This document shows, one piece after another, positions 1-9,915 of a DNA stretch of 64,000 bases. The notes beneath the pieces were generated by a model, which did not search any database, was not told the origin of the DNA, and saw only the letters and a program-made list of their open reading frames with translations. The DNA is taken from positions 53,332 to 117,331 of the forward strand of contig DPOU01000027.1 in NCBI GenBank assembly GCA_003539625.1, written 5' to 3'. This stretch comes from Acholeplasmatales bacterium. Its GTDB lineage: Bacteria; Bacillota_I; Bacilli_A; ML615J-28; CAG-313. The position numbers were made by a program, and so were the translations under genes. How positions within the stretch are numbered: the stretch's first letter is position 1; every line of letters begins with the position of its first letter.

Positions 1-214
1 AGAAATTTTAATGAAAATGAATCCTGCTTCATTAAAAATAACTACCCTTCTAGATAAACCATCAAGAAGATTAGAAGGGGTAGATATTGTTCCTGAATAT
101 GTAGGGTTCGTTATACCAAATGAATTTGTTGTAGGATTTGGACTTGATTATGATGAACAATATCGTAATATACCATATATTGGAATACTAAAGAAAGAAG
201 TATATCAAAAGTAA
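1..214 (+). CDS. 3' end of an ORF that continues upstream of the window; product unknown. Synteny would suggest asnS, but the sequence does not clearly support that.
   Basis: Frame is open from position 2 with no stop before the first ATG at 11. In Bacilli the gene upstream of dnaD-nth is asnS, but the only resemblance here is GFGL, which weakly recalls class II aaRS motif 3. Confidence 0.3.
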   Translation, partial: EILMKMNPASLKITTLLDKPSRRLEGVDIVPEYVGFVIPNEFVVGFGLDYDEQYRNIPYIGILKKEVYQK

Positions 215-231
215 AAATAAGGAGATGCAAT

Positions 232-852
232 ATGGCTGAACTTGCAAGATTGATAAAAAACAAAACAATATCTTTTACCGAAGAATTGATATCATATTAT
301 CCAACATTGAAAATAAATGAAGAAGAAGTACTAATTTTAATTCATTTATATAGACAATTAGAAAAAAATGATAACTTGCTTGTGGTAAAAAATCTTGCTG
401 AAAAAATGACTCTAAATGAAAATGATATTTCACAGTTATTAATTCACCTTGTAAAACTAGGCTATGTTGAACTACTAATAAGTGAAGGCGAGGAAGTCTT
501 TCACCTAGATGGAGCCTATGATGCTATAGCAAACGCAATGTCTGAAAATGAACAAACAAGCAAATATAAAAGTCGACAAGATTTATTAAGTCAATTAATT
601 TTATATGTTGAAGCCACTTATGCAAAACCATGTTCACCTGCTGATCTTGCGATAGTAAATCATTGGTTAGATTTAGGATACTCATCAGAAGCAATTAAGA
701 GTGCTATACTTGAAGGATTGAAAGCTAAAAAGCTTCACTTAAGATATGCTGATGCAATATTGGCAAATAAGAAAACAGAATCAGAACGAGAAACTGTAAC
801 TTACGACGAAGATTTAAAGAAAATGCTTGATGAAATGTATGTCAAACGCTAA
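232..852 (+). CDS. dnaD: DnaD-like replication initiation/primosome protein
   Basis: 206 aa with a C-terminal DnaD/DnaB_2-type domain (..YAKPCSPADLAIVNHWLDLGYSSEAIKSAILEG..YADAILAN). Conserved dnaD-nth synteny. AAGGAG RBS at 219-224. Confidence 0.6.
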   Translation: MAELARLIKNKTISFTEELISYYPTLKINEEEVLILIHLYRQLEKNDNLLVVKNLAEKMTLNENDISQLLIHLVKLGYVELLISEGEEVFHLDGAYDAIANAMSENEQTSKYKSRQDLLSQLILYVEATYAKPCSPADLAIVNHWLDLGYSSEAIKSAILEGLKAKKLHLRYADAILANKKTESERETVTYDEDLKKMLDEMYVKR

Positions 853-1474
853 TGTTTTAGAAATTCTAAAAGAAATTGAGAAAATGTTTCCAAATGCAGG
901 TTGTGAATTAAATTATCAAAACATTTTTCAATTAATTATTGCGGTAAGTTTATCGGCACAAACAACCGATAAGTCAGTAAATTTGGTTACACCAGTTCTG
1001 TTTGAAAAATATCCTACGTGCTATGAATTGGCAAAAGCAGATGTAAATGATGTTAGAGAAATAATAAAGTCAATCGGACTTAGTAATAATAAAAGTAAAA
1101 ACATTATTGAGTTATCAAAAACTTTAGTAGATAAATACAATGGTAAAGTCCCTAATACTCAAGAAGATTTAGAAAGTTTACCTGGAGTTGGAAGAAAGAC
1201 CGCAAATGTTGTATTAACCGAAGGCTTTAAAATGCCTAGACTTCCCGTAGATACTCATGTTGAACGAGTGGCCAAAAGACTAGGGTTAGTTGAGGAAAAA
1301 TCATCAGTGTTAGAAACTGAAAAAGTTTTAACTAGTTTAATAGATGAAGAATATTGGCATAAAGCCCATCATTTGTTACTATTTTTTGGTAGATATCATT
1401 GCTTTGCTAAAAAACCTATGTGTAATAATTGCTTTTACCAAGAAAAATGCAAATATTACAATAATAAATTATAA
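827..1474 (+). CDS. nth: Endonuclease III (Nth), HhH-GPD DNA glycosylase with 4Fe-4S cluster
   Basis: LSAQTTD, LPGVGRKTANVV, and the C-terminal CX6CX2CX5C cluster ligands. The true start is probably the ATG at 830 or 836; the ORF-track start at 827 is a TTG overlapping the dnaD stop. Confidence 0.85.
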   Translation: MMKCMSNANVLEILKEIEKMFPNAGCELNYQNIFQLIIAVSLSAQTTDKSVNLVTPVLFEKYPTCYELAKADVNDVREIIKSIGLSNNKSKNIIELSKTLVDKYNGKVPNTQEDLESLPGVGRKTANVVLTEGFKMPRLPVDTHVERVAKRLGLVEEKSSVLETEKVLTSLIDEEYWHKAHHLLLFFGRYHCFAKKPMCNNCFYQEKCKYYNNKL

Positions 1475-1526
1475 TATGACAAAAAAGCCTCTATGGTTAA
1501 TTGTATAATTAATCAGGAGGCCTTTT

Positions 1527-1712
1527 ATGTTAGTAAAATTATTTGATGAAAATCATGAATTAGATTTAGAAAAAAAAGTCAATGACTTTTTGGCAAATTA
1601 TGATAGCCAAGAAATCATTGACATTAAATATCAAGTAGCAACATTATATGATGGCCGTAGCCAAATATATTGTTATTCTTGCATGATAATAATTGATGAT
1701 GAAAAAAATTAA
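1527..1712 (+). CDS. Small (61 aa) Cse60-like sporulation-associated protein (tentative family assignment)
   Basis: N-terminus MLVKLFDENHELDLEKKVNDFL matches the pattern I recall for B. subtilis Cse60/YteV. AGGAGG RBS at 1514-1519. Confidence 0.4.
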   Translation: MLVKLFDENHELDLEKKVNDFLANYDSQEIIDIKYQVATLYDGRSQIYCYSCMIIIDDEKN

Positions 1713-3301
1713 AGTTTAGGATCGATATATATTGTCTTTTGATTTGTATAGGTAACTTCACAACCCTTTAAACCCGGGATTTTCTTTATGTATTTGATTA
1801 ATGTATAGTCAACGGGGACACTTGATGAGTGGCTAGCCTTAGAAAAACTCCCCGCAAGATTTGCACAAAATCTAATTTCTTTTTCAGATAATTCATATCC
1901 AGGATATGGTGACTTGAATAAAACGTGTGAACCAGGCATATCTTTGACATGAAACCACCAATCGAAACTACTCGATAGTTGGTGAGTTATGTAACTATTC
2001 TGAATATTATTTTTACCAACATATACATCAATGCCATCAATATTATATTTACTGATTGTAGTATTTTTACGTTTAGAATTGATTGCTTTTTTAGGCTTTA
2101 AGTAACGTTCTTTAATAAGTTCATCAGTTATTTCATCAAGCTCATTGCTATTAGCAAATTCTAATTGTACTAAAATAGTATCTAAATAAGATATTTCATT
2201 TTTTGTTATATCAATTTGAATACTTGTTTGTTCAATAGCATTTTTAGCTTTTTTACCTTTTGTAAATAAACGTTTCAAATTCTTACTAGGATCAAGTGTT
2301 GGATCTAATTCTATTTCTATTTCTTCATTATTTGAAGTATAATCATTAACAATTATACTAGTATCACCTTTATTTACTCGGTATAGATTTGCTTGTAACA
2401 ATAGACCTAAATGATTACAATTTAAGTTTTCATTAGCTTTCTTTAAATCATCTTCTAAGTGTCCTAACTTAGTGTTTAAATGAACTAATTTATTTTTGAC
2501 AATTCTCTTTAATACTTTAGCTTTATCATTATATACTAAACGGTATTCTTTGTAAAAGGTATCTAACATTGAAGAAATATTGTTAAAATCATCACGTAAA
2601 ATCTTCTTATTTGAAAGCGGTAATACATAAAAATCATGCTTATTATCATATTCAAATATGTAAGGTTTAATAGGTGTATTTAAATATTTTGTTAGTTCGC
2701 TTGCGTTACCACATTCGTTTAACATTAATTTAGAACAACCTTCAAGTTTAGAAAAATCAATTTCTTCGCTATCAGTCACGGAAAAAGGATTAATTGCATC
2801 ATCTCTTGTTGGATAAACATATGGTGCATGAGGAATAATTAGGCGGTTAGATTCAACTGAAGGCGGAATTTTTCGTATAGCATCTATAATACAATTGTTA
2901 TTGTCAATTAGCATTAGATTACTATTTCTTCCCATTAACTCAAATGACAGTTGATAATTTAATAAATCGCCAAGTTCAGAATAACTTTCAATTTTAAATA
3001 TTATAACCCGATCATTTCCAACTTGAAAAATATCTTTGATGATTCCTCTTTCAATGTATTTACGTAACATAACACAAAAGTTTTTAGGAATATCTAAAGA
3101 AGTAACTTTTTCGTCTGTGAAATATATTCTAGGCATATCTAGACTAGAAGAAATTAATAATTGTTTTTGAACACTGTTTGCTTTGAACTGAAAAACGATA
3201 TCAAGCATATTTGGTTGTACTATTTTATTTATTCTTTTTCCGACCAAATTATCCTTCAATTCTTGTACTAAAAAGTGGATAAAAACGCCATCAAAGGGCA
3301 T
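1709..3301 (-). CDS. rqcH: RqcH (YloA/FbpA family) ribosome-associated quality control NFACT protein
   Basis: N-terminus MPFDGVFIHFLVQELKD is the NFACT-N signature. C-terminus has NFACT-R (DWWFHVKDMPGSHV). 530 aa. Sits next to gmk-rpoZ as in B. subtilis. Confidence 0.8.
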   Translation of the reverse strand: MPFDGVFIHFLVQELKDNLVGKRINKIVQPNMLDIVFQFKANSVQKQLLISSSLDMPRIYFTDEKVTSLDIPKNFCVMLRKYIERGIIKDIFQVGNDRVIIFKIESYSELGDLLNYQLSFELMGRNSNLMLIDNNNCIIDAIRKIPPSVESNRLIIPHAPYVYPTRDDAINPFSVTDSEEIDFSKLEGCSKLMLNECGNASELTKYLNTPIKPYIFEYDNKHDFYVLPLSNKKILRDDFNNISSMLDTFYKEYRLVYNDKAKVLKRIVKNKLVHLNTKLGHLEDDLKKANENLNCNHLGLLLQANLYRVNKGDTSIIVNDYTSNNEEIEIELDPTLDPSKNLKRLFTKGKKAKNAIEQTSIQIDITKNEISYLDTILVQLEFANSNELDEITDELIKERYLKPKKAINSKRKNTTISKYNIDGIDVYVGKNNIQNSYITHQLSSSFDWWFHVKDMPGSHVLFKSPYPGYELSEKEIRFCANLAGSFSKASHSSSVPVDYTLIKYIKKIPGLKGCEVTYTNQKTIYIDPKL

Positions 3302-3427
3302 AAAATCACCTCTTTATTTTAAAAATAACTGATAATATTATACACTAAAACATTTTAAATAACAAAATTATTGAAAAAAATTTAACATAGTGGTAAAATA
3401 GGTAAAATGAACATATGAGGTATTAGC

Positions 3428-4045
3428 ATGAAATTAAATGAAAAAGGACTATTAATTGTAATCTCTGGACCATCTGGAGTTGGAAAAGGAACAATACGTA
3501 AAGCCCTCTTTAATAGACCTGGTCATAATCTTGACTTTTCAGTGTCAATGACAACAAGAAGCCCTCGTGTAGGTGAAGTAGATGGAAAAGATTATTATTT
3601 TGTAAGTAAAGAAAAATTTGAAGAAGAACTTGCAAAAGGTAATTTATTAGAACATGCTAAATTTGTTAATAATTACTATGGTACTCCAAAAGATAAAGTA
3701 ATCGAAAAATTAGAAGAAGGCAAAGAGGTTGTATTAGAAATAGAAGTACAAGGCGCCCTTCAAGTAAAGGCTAAAATGCCTGATGCGGTATTTATTTTTA
3801 TAGCACCACCTAGTTGGAAAGCATTAGAATCGCGTTTGAAAAACCGTGGTACTGAATCTACTGAAGTAATTATGGAAAGATTAACAAAAGCAAAAGGAGA
3901 GCTAATGTTAGCATCTTCATATGATTATATCGTCGTAAATGATGAAATAGAAAATGCGGTTGATAAGATAATCGCAATAATTAGAGCAGAACATGCTAAA
4001 TGTGAACGTGCTTTAGAAAGATATTATGAATTAATGGAGGAATAA
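3428..4045 (+). CDS. gmk: Guanylate kinase
   Basis: P-loop GPSGVGKGT, 205 aa, conserved gmk-rpoZ pair. Confidence 0.9.
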   Translation: MKLNEKGLLIVISGPSGVGKGTIRKALFNRPGHNLDFSVSMTTRSPRVGEVDGKDYYFVSKEKFEEELAKGNLLEHAKFVNNYYGTPKDKVIEKLEEGKEVVLEIEVQGALQVKAKMPDAVFIFIAPPSWKALESRLKNRGTESTEVIMERLTKAKGELMLASSYDYIVVNDEIENAVDKIIAIIRAEHAKCERALERYYELMEE

Positions 4046-4047
4046 TT

Positions 4048-4272
4048 ATGATTGAAAATATGAATACAGAACGTGATGGTTTACGTTATCCATCTATAGA
4101 TGAACTTACAAATAAAGCATCATCAAAATATAAATTAGTTATTGCTGCATCTAAACGTGCTAAAGAAATTGATGCAACTCAAAAATCATATTTAGAAGAA
4201 ACTAAAAACTATAAGAGTATTGGTATTGCTTTAGAAGAAATAATTGCAGATAAAGTAAAAATTGTTGACTAA
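4048..4272 (+). CDS. rpoZ: DNA-directed RNA polymerase subunit omega
   Basis: 74 aa with ..YPSIDELT..SKYKLVIAASKRAKEI.., immediately after gmk. Confidence 0.8.
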   Translation: MIENMNTERDGLRYPSIDELTNKASSKYKLVIAASKRAKEIDATQKSYLEETKNYKSIGIALEEIIADKVKIVD

Positions 4273-5768
4273 TGATTGAAAAAAGTTTAAAAATATATCA
4301 AAGTACAAAAAATAAAATCAATGCATTAAGTTATGCAATGTATATGATTAATTGGGACTCTGAAACTGAAGCCCCTGTAGGATGTTTGGAAGAACGTTCT
4401 AAACAATTAGGTAATATTACTGAAATGATAGTTTCACTATCTCATAAAAAGACTTATGTTAATGCACTAAAAGATATAATTGCTAATAAAGATAAAGTAG
4501 ATGAAATTACTTGGCTTTCAGCTAGCAAAGAATTTGAAGAATTGGAAAAAGAATTAAAAATACCATCTAAAGAACTTGTTAATTATCAAATTCTTTTAGC
4601 AACATCTGGTCAAACTTGGCTAGAAGCGAAACAAACTAACAATTACAAACATTTTGCACCTAAATTAGATAAGATAATAACTTGGCAAAAGAAATATATT
4701 AAATACTTAGAAACACCAAATTGTAAAGGATACAATGTTTTACTTGATACATATGAAAAAGGCTTTACAGAAGAAGACTATGATAAATTCTTTGATACAC
4801 TACGAACAGAACTTGTACCATTCGTTAAAGAAATCTTATCAAAAAAGCCAATAGATGATAGTTTTAATAAAGAGTATTATCCAATTGAATTGCAAAAAGA
4901 ATTTGCTAAATATTTATTAAAAGTAATGTGTTTTGATAAAACAAAAAATGTAATTAAAGAATCTGAACATCCATTTACTACGGGATATGGTACTACTGAT
5001 GAAAGAATAACTTGTCATTACTATGATCATTTACTTACATCTTTCATATTTTCGATAATTCATGAAATGGGACATGCAACATATGAAAAAAATTGTGATC
5101 CAAAATTTGACGATACTGCACTTAGTGGTGGTTCAACAATGGCAATGCATGAGTCGCAATCACGTTTTTACGAAAACATTGTTGGCAGAAGTTACCAATT
5201 TTGGAAAACTCACTACCCTATTTTAAAACAAACATTTGTAGAACAGCTTAAAGACATATCACTAGATCAATTCTATCGTGCTATTAATAAAGTTGAAAAT
5301 TCATTAATTAGAACTGAAGCAGATGAATTAACATATCCATTACACATAATGATTAGATATGAAATAGAAAAGAAAATATTCAATAACGAAGTTAAAACAA
5401 AAGATTTACCTAAACTTTGGAATAAACTTTATAAAGAATATTTAAATATAGATGTTAAAACCGATACAGAAGGAATTCTACAAGATATACATTGGTCTGG
5501 TGGCTCTTTTGGATATTTTCCAACATATGCACTAGGTAGTGCTTATTCTGCACAACTTTACAATCAAATGAAGAAGGAACTAAATGTTGAAGAAGTGTTT
5601 GCAGAAAAAGATTTAACAACTGTTAATGAATGGTTAAAAGAAAAAGTTCATAAGTTTGGAAAGAGTAAAACCCCTCAAGAAATATTAATAATGGCAACAG
5701 GAGAACCATTTAATCCCAAATACTATATCGAATATTTAAAAGAAAAATATAAGAAAATATATGATTAA
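4272..5768 (+). CDS. M32 family (Taq-like) zinc carboxypeptidase
   Basis: Motifs HEMGHATYE (HExxH), HESQSRFYEN, IRTEADELTYPLHI and GYFPTYALG. 498 aa. Confidence 0.85.
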   Translation: MIEKSLKIYQSTKNKINALSYAMYMINWDSETEAPVGCLEERSKQLGNITEMIVSLSHKKTYVNALKDIIANKDKVDEITWLSASKEFEELEKELKIPSKELVNYQILLATSGQTWLEAKQTNNYKHFAPKLDKIITWQKKYIKYLETPNCKGYNVLLDTYEKGFTEEDYDKFFDTLRTELVPFVKEILSKKPIDDSFNKEYYPIELQKEFAKYLLKVMCFDKTKNVIKESEHPFTTGYGTTDERITCHYYDHLLTSFIFSIIHEMGHATYEKNCDPKFDDTALSGGSTMAMHESQSRFYENIVGRSYQFWKTHYPILKQTFVEQLKDISLDQFYRAINKVENSLIRTEADELTYPLHIMIRYEIEKKIFNNEVKTKDLPKLWNKLYKEYLNIDVKTDTEGILQDIHWSGGSFGYFPTYALGSAYSAQLYNQMKKELNVEEVFAEKDLTTVNEWLKEKVHKFGKSKTPQEILIMATGEPFNPKYYIEYLKEKYKKIYD

Positions 5769-5789
5769 TAAAAAATCAGGAGGCTTATT

Positions 5790-6593
5790 ATGGAAAATAA
5801 AAAAATAGTTATTAAAAGAAGTAAATCTACTAATGAAACATACTTAAGAAGATTAAGAGCAGGAGTATTAACTGCTGGTCCAGATCGTGATGAAAATGTT
5901 CCAGATTTTAATGAAACTACTGAAGTTGAAGATTCAACTTTAAATAATGTCCTTCCTGAAGAACCGGTTGTAGAAGAACCAGTGGTAGAAGAACCTGTAG
6001 TTGAAGAGCCAATGGTAGAAGAACCGGTTGTAGAAGAGCCAATGGTAGAAGAACCTGTAGTTGAAGAACTGGTGGTAGAAGAGCCAGTGGTAGAAGAACC
6101 TGTAGTTGAAGAGTCAGTGGTAGAAGAACCTGTAGTTGAAGAACCAGTGGTAGAAGAACCAGTGGTAGAAGAACCTGTAGTAGAAGAGCCAGTGGTAGAT
6201 GAGGCTGTTCTTGCAGAAGACAAAGCTCTTATGGAAGAATTACAAAGAGAACAAGTTAGCGCTATTGAAGTAAAAGATATCGTTTCTGATGAAGTAACTA
6301 AACATCTAATTGAAAAAGAAGAAGATGCTGAAAAGATTTATGGCAATAAGAAAGCAATTATAAACTTGGATGTAATAAGCCGTAGTTTTGAGGCAAACGA
6401 TGTTGTTACGGTTAATACCTTAAAAGAAAAACATTTGATTGCTAAAAATGTTTACTTTGTTAAAGTTTTAGCAAGAGGTGTTATCGATAAACCATTAGTA
6501 ATAAAAGCACAAGATTTTTCTATAGATGCCGCAAAAATGATACAACTTACTGGTGGTAAAGTAGTAATGCTAACAAAGAGAAAATATTTTTAG
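5790..6593 (+). CDS. Ribosomal protein uL15 C-terminal-domain paralog with an acidic (EEPVV)n tandem-repeat insert
   Basis: The C-terminal 80 aa (INLDVISRSFEAND..VKVLARGVIDKPLVIKAQDFSIDAAKMIQLTGGKVVML) align with the C-terminal half of bacterial L15 (..[39 protein letters not shown]..). The N-terminus lacks the Gly-rich L15 N-domain. AGGAGG RBS at 5777. The gene has its own terminator. Confidence 0.6.
   Translation: MENKKIVIKRSKSTNETYLRRLRAGVLTAGPDRDENVPDFNETTEVEDSTLNNVLPEEPVVEEPVVEEPVVEEPMVEEPVVEEPMVEEPVVEELVVEEPVVEEPVVEESVVEEPVVEEPVVEEPVVEEPVVEEPVVDEAVLAEDKALMEELQREQVSAIEVKDIVSDEVTKHLIEKEEDAEKIYGNKKAIINLDVISRSFEANDVVTVNTLKEKHLIAKNVYFVKVLARGVIDKPLVIKAQDFSIDAAKMIQLTGGKVVMLTKRKYF
5958..6197 (+). 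repeat. 16 tandem copies of a 15-bp unit (gaagaaccNgtNgtN) encoding (EEPVV)n inside the uL15-like CDS
   Basis: Direct reading shows a 15-nt periodicity with only third-position and occasional first-position variation. Confidence 0.9.
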
Positions 6594-6609
6594 TAAAATA
6601 AAATATTAG

Positions 6610-6649
6610 TACTAGCAACGCAAACTAGCATTGCTAGTATTTCTTTTTT
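6610..6649 (+). terminator. Rho-independent terminator of the uL15-like gene
   Basis: 12-bp stem (tactagcaacgc / gcattgctagta, one mismatch), 6-nt loop, then tttctttttt. Confidence 0.7.
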
Positions 6650-6667
6650 AAAAAATATGTATATCTT

Positions 6668-6696
6668 TTGACTTTAATGGCAAAAATATGTATAAT
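6668..6696 (+). promoter_or_regulatory. Sigma-A-type promoter of the str operon
   Basis: TTGACT, 17-nt spacer, TATAAT. About 110 nt upstream of rpsL, leaving a ~100-nt leader. Confidence 0.6.
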
Positions 6697-6807
6697 AGTA
6701 GAGGTTAAATTTTGGCCTTGTTAAAGGCTATATTTTTTGGGAAATTGAAACACGTGGAAATGTGGAAGCCCATTAATAACTAGTATTATTTGAAAGGAGA
6801 AAAAAAG

Positions 6808-7227
6808 ATGCCTACAATTAATCAATTAGTACATAACTCACGTCAAGATAAGGTAAGAAAATCTAAATCACCTCATCTAGGTATTGGTTACAATTCTTTG
6901 AAAAAGGTAGCTACAACAATCAACTGCCCTCAAAAGAAAGGTGTTTGTACTCGTGTTACAACTATGACACCTAAAAAACCAAACTCTGCTATTCGTAAGA
7001 TGGCCCGTGTTCGTTTGAGTAATGGTATTGAAGTAACAGCTTATATCCCAGGTGTTGGTCATAAGCTACAAGAACATAATACTGTATTGATTCGTGGCGG
7101 ACGTGTTAAAGACTTACCAGGTGTTCGTTATCACATTATTCGTGGTACACTTGATACTACTGGTGTTGAAAGTCGTAAACAAGCTCGTTCAAAATATGGT
7201 GCAAAACGCCCTAAAGCTAAAAAGTAA
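6808..7227 (+). CDS. rpsL: 30S ribosomal protein S12
   Basis: MPTINQLV.. S12 sequence with AAGGAG RBS. The ORF-track start at 6790 is a spurious 5' extension. Confidence 0.95.
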   Translation: MPTINQLVHNSRQDKVRKSKSPHLGIGYNSLKKVATTINCPQKKGVCTRVTTMTPKKPNSAIRKMARVRLSNGIEVTAYIPGVGHKLQEHNTVLIRGGRVKDLPGVRYHIIRGTLDTTGVESRKQARSKYGAKRPKAKK

Positions 7228-7269
7228 TTTAAAATAAAATAACTAGTATTCTAGAAAGGAGGAATCAAC

Positions 7270-7740
7270 ATGCCTCGTAAAGGACATGTCGCTAAAAGAA
7301 ATGTATTACCAGATCCAATTTACAATTCAGTATTAGTTACAAGATTAATTAATAGTGTTATGTTGGATGGTAAAAAAGGTGTGGCTCAACAAATAATCTA
7401 TGGTGCATTTGATCGTGTTTCAAAAGCAACTGGTCGTGATCCACTAGAAGTTTATAATCAAGCATTAGAAAATATTATGCCACAATTAGAAGTTAGATCT
7501 CGCCGTGTAGGTGGTGCTAACTATCAAGTACCAGTTGAAGTTAGAGAAGCAAGACGCTATACTCTAGGTTTAAGATGGTTAACAAATTACGCACGTCTTC
7601 GTAATGAAAAAACAATGGAAGAAAGACTTGCAAAAGAAATTATGGATGCTGCCAATGGACTTGGTGGTGCCGTTAAGAAACGTGAAGATACTCACCGTAT
7701 GGCTGAAGCAAATAAAGCATTTGCTCATTATCAATGGTAA
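7270..7740 (+). CDS. rpsG: 30S ribosomal protein S7
   Basis: Canonical S7 sequence, 156 aa. Confidence 0.95.
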   Translation: MPRKGHVAKRNVLPDPIYNSVLVTRLINSVMLDGKKGVAQQIIYGAFDRVSKATGRDPLEVYNQALENIMPQLEVRSRRVGGANYQVPVEVREARRYTLGLRWLTNYARLRNEKTMEERLAKEIMDAANGLGGAVKKREDTHRMAEANKAFAHYQW

Positions 7741-7757
7741 TAGGAGAATAAAATACA

Positions 7758-9833
7758 ATGGCTCGTGAATACTCATTATTACATACTCGTAATATCGGAA
7801 TCATGGCTCACATCGATGCCGGTAAAACGACTTTCACAGAAAGGGTTCTATATCACACAGGTAAGATTCATAAAATAGGAGAAACTCATGATGGCGCAGC
7901 ACAGATGGACTGGATGGAACAAGAACAAGAAAGAGGTATAACAATTACTTCTGCTGCAACCACAGCATTCTGGAAGGGCCATCGTATAAATATCATTGAT
8001 ACTCCAGGGCACGTTGACTTTACAGTTGAAGTTAGTCGTTCATTAAGAGTACTTGATGGTGCTGTAACTGTACTAGATGCTCAAGCTGGTGTTGAACCTC
8101 AAACAGAAACTGTTTGGAGACAAGCAACTGAATATTTAGTTCCTCGTATTGTATTCGTTAATAAAATGGATAAAACAGGAGCAGATTTCAAATATAGTTG
8201 CCAATCTCTAGATCATAGACTTGGTGCTAATGCTCATCCAATTCAATACCCTATTGGTGCTGAAAGTGATTTCCGCGGTATCATCGATTTAGTAACTATG
8301 AAAGCCTTCATCTATGAAGAAGGTAGTGTTGATGAACACGGAACTGAAGTTGAAATTCCTGCAGATTTACTTGATGAAGCAGAATATTATCGTGATGAAT
8401 TAATTAACGCTGTATCAGAATTTGATGACGATTTAATGATGGCATATTTAGAAGGTGAAGAAATAACTGAAGATATGTTAAAAGCAGCTATCCGTAAAGG
8501 AACACTTGCTGTAAAATTCTTCCCAATTCTTTGCGGAACTGCCTTCAAAAATAAAGGCGTTAAAAAAGTTCTTGACGCAGTTATCGATTATCTTCCATCT
8601 CCAGTTGAAGTTGCTCAAATCAAAGGTCATGATGAAGATGGTAACGAAATCGAAATTAATTCAAGCGATGAAGAACCATTTGCAGCACTTGCATTTAAAG
8701 TAATGACTGACCCATATGTTGGTAAATTAACATTCTTTAGAGTTTATCGTGGACATTTAGAATCTGGATCATATGTTCTTAACTCAACTAAGGACAAACG
8801 TGAAAGAATCGGTCGTATCTTATTAATGCACGCTAATAATCGTACTGAAATTAAAGAAGTATATTCAGGTGATATCGCAGCTGCAGTAGGTCTAAAAGAT
8901 ACTACTACTGGGGACACTATGTGTGATCCTAACTGCCCTGTTATCCTTGAAAAAATGGTTTTCCCAGAACCTGTTATTTCTGTTGCAATTGAACCTAAAA
9001 CTAAGGGTGACCAAGATAAGATGTCTGTAGCACTATCTAAACTTGCTGAAGAAGATCCAACATTTAGAACTTATACTGACATTGAAACTGGCCAAACAAT
9101 TATTTCTGGTATGGGTGAATTACACTTAGATATCATTGTTGACCGTATGAGAAGAGAGTTCCACGTTGAATGTAACGTAGGTCAACCTCAAGTTTCTTAT
9201 CGTGAAACAATTAAGAAAGCAGCTGAAATCGAAGGTAAATTCGTTCGTCAATCTGGTGGTCGTGGACAATATGGTCACTGCGTAGTTGTATTTGAACCTA
9301 ATCCAGGTAAAGGATACGAATTCGTTGATGAAATCGTTGGTGGTGTAATTCCACGTGAATATATTCCAGCAGTTAATAAAGGTATCGAAAATGCACTTGC
9401 TAATGGTAACCTTGCTGGATTCCCAACTATCGATATTAAAGCTCGCTTAGTATTTGGTTCTTATCATGATGTTGACTCTAGCCAAATTGCCTTTGAAGTT
9501 GCCGGTGGTATGGCTTTCAAAGCATCTGCTGAAAAATGTCAACCAGTTTTACTAGAACCAATCGAATCAGTTGAAGTTATCGTACCAGATGAATATGTTG
9601 GTACTGTAATTGGAGATTTATCAACACGTCGTGGACGTATTGATGGACAAGAAGCTAGAGGAAAGAGCCAATCAATTAGGGCTTTCGTTCCACTTGCAGA
9701 AATGTTCGGATATGCTACTGCATTACGTTCTAATACTCAAGGTCGTGGTAATTACACTATGCAATTTGACCACTATGAAGAATGTCCTAAGAATGTTGCA
9801 GAAGCAGTTATAAAAAAACGTAATGCTCAATAA
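7758..9833 (+). CDS. fusA: Elongation factor G
   Basis: [10 protein letters not shown]-domain and 691 aa of canonical EF-G. Confidence 0.95.
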   Translation: MAREYSLLHTRNIGIMAHIDAGKTTFTERVLYHTGKIHKIGETHDGAAQMDWMEQEQERGITITSAATTAFWKGHRINIIDTPGHVDFTVEVSRSLRVLDGAVTVLDAQAGVEPQTETVWRQATEYLVPRIVFVNKMDKTGADFKYSCQSLDHRLGANAHPIQYPIGAESDFRGIIDLVTMKAFIYEEGSVDEHGTEVEIPADLLDEAEYYRDELINAVSEFDDDLMMAYLEGEEITEDMLKAAIRKGTLAVKFFPILCGTAFKNKGVKKVLDAVIDYLPSPVEVAQIKGHDEDGNEIEINSSDEEPFAALAFKVMTDPYVGKLTFFRVYRGHLESGSYVLNSTKDKRERIGRILLMHANNRTEIKEVYSGDIAAAVGLKDTTTGDTMCDPNCPVILEKMVFPEPVISVAIEPKTKGDQDKMSVALSKLAEEDPTFRTYTDIETGQTIISGMGELHLDIIVDRMRREFHVECNVGQPQVSYRETIKKAAEIEGKFVRQSGGRGQYGHCVVVFEPNPGKGYEFVDEIVGGVIPREYIPAVNKGIENALANGNLAGFPTIDIKARLVFGSYHDVDSSQIAFEVAGGMAFKASAEKCQPVLLEPIESVEVIVPDEYVGTVIGDLSTRRGRIDGQEARGKSQSIRAFVPLAEMFGYATALRSNTQGRGNYTMQFDHYEECPKNVAEAVIKKRNAQ

Positions 9834-9915
9834 TAAAAACTTACGTTTTACTTGCAAAAAAAATATATTTGTTATAAAATAAATTGTATTTAAATTTTAA
9901 AAAGGAGAAATTAAA

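Noticed and set aside
1475-1526. Possible hairpin (aaaaagcctc ... gaggcctttt) after nth
   Set aside because: The loop is about 25 nt and contains the RBS of the downstream ORF, which is too weak to call a terminator.
5765-6223. 152-aa minus-strand ORF encoding (GSSTT)n repeats
   Set aside because: It is the antisense shadow of the 15-bp coding tandem repeat in the plus-strand uL15-like gene. It has no RBS and overlaps the carboxypeptidase C-terminus, whereas the plus-strand ORF has an AGGAGG RBS and a conserved C-terminal domain.
6790-6807. ORF-track 5' extension of rpsL (MKGEKK..) and similar TTG/GTG extensions at 38496 (rpsP), 827 (nth) and 61957 (cadA-like)
   Set aside because: Conserved N-termini and RBS positions indicate internal ATG starts. 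The extensions are artefacts of longest-ORF calling.
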